Below are positions 63,484 to 64,000 of a stretch of DNA of 64,000 nt, piece by piece. Made by a program: the position numbers and the translations under genes. Every line of letters starts with the position of its first letter. Positions within the stretch are counted from its first letter, which is position 1. The DNA is taken from contig JASCQW010000132.1 of the NCBI GenBank assembly GCA_030264375.1, positions 53,778,264-53,842,263 of the forward strand, read 5' to 3'. The stretch is from Carcharhinus longimanus. Taxonomy: Eukaryota. The notes under the pieces were generated by a model, which was given only the letters and a program-made list of their open reading frames with translations, searched no databases and had not been told where the DNA came from.

Positions 63484-64000
63484 TAAAAGCAAATTACTGT
63501 GGATACTGGAATCTGAAACCAAAAGAAAAAATACTGGAAAATCTTAGCAGGTCTGGCAGCATCTGTAAGGAGAGAAAAGAGCTGATATTTCGCGTCCAGA
63601 TGACCCTTTGTCAAAGCTAAAAGGTGTAGAAAGTGGGAGATATGTATTTTGTTGGGTGAGGGAATGAAAGATGAGTCATGGCCATAGAAACCAGGGGAAA
63701 AGGCTGCTAATAGCTGTCCATAGAGAGAATAAAGGGTGTGAATGGCCAAATGACAGAGAAGCTGCAGGCTGTGACAGATGACGATGTTGGTGTGGGAGGG
63801 GGGTGGAAAAGATGGGAAAGAGATAGAATGTAGAAAAGGGAAAGCAGGAGGCAGGAGAAAAGGTTAGGGAAGGGGGATGAAGTCAGGGAGAAGAAAAATG
63901 AACAAATACAATAAAGAAATAAAAGGTAGAGAACAGTGAAAAAAATAAACAAAATAGAATGAAAACAAAGGAGTAGGGATAATCATCTGAAGTTGTTGAA
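63484..64000 (-). mobile_element. Penelope-like element 3'/terminal region, running off the window
   Basis: Contains TAAAAGCAAATTACTGTGGATACTGGAATCTGAAA...GCAGGTCTGGCAGCATCTG, which is related to 46403-46540 and 42100-42170. Followed by a purine-rich tract and TCATCTGAAGTTGTTGAA. Confidence 0.65.

Overview
Eukaryotic, repeat-rich intronic DNA. It is almost certainly from a shark/elasmobranch, judged by V-SINE/HE1-type SINEs, Deu-type SINEs, CR1, L2, RTE and Rex/Babar LINEs, Penelope-like ends and Harbinger remnants. No prokaryotic features are present (no operons, CRISPR arrays, rRNA or genuine tRNA). Nine real coding exons with canonical AG/GT sites and compatible phases are visible, from three unrelated genes: three consecutive CNTNAP2 exons (+, 12565-22750), two consecutive exons of an axonemal inner-arm dynein heavy chain, best recalled match DNAH12 (+, 39870-42656), and four consecutive SPG11/spatacsin exons (-, 59968-62496). 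I could not find the exons expected next to the dynein pair or downstream of the SPG11 block. The window is therefore probably a chimeric scaffold joined at repeat-flanked 100-N gaps, or less likely contains an orphan duplicated exon pair. Unexplained structures include a ~750-bp long-armed inverted repeat in a CNTNAP2 intron, direct repeats bracketing each dynein exon, degenerate hammerhead-ribozyme cores in Penelope-like ends, an ERV-like LTR with an adjacent polypurine tract, and a three-level TE nest. I found no convincing novel biological system. Gene and family names come from recalled sequences, not searches, and TE boundaries are approximate (tens of bp).
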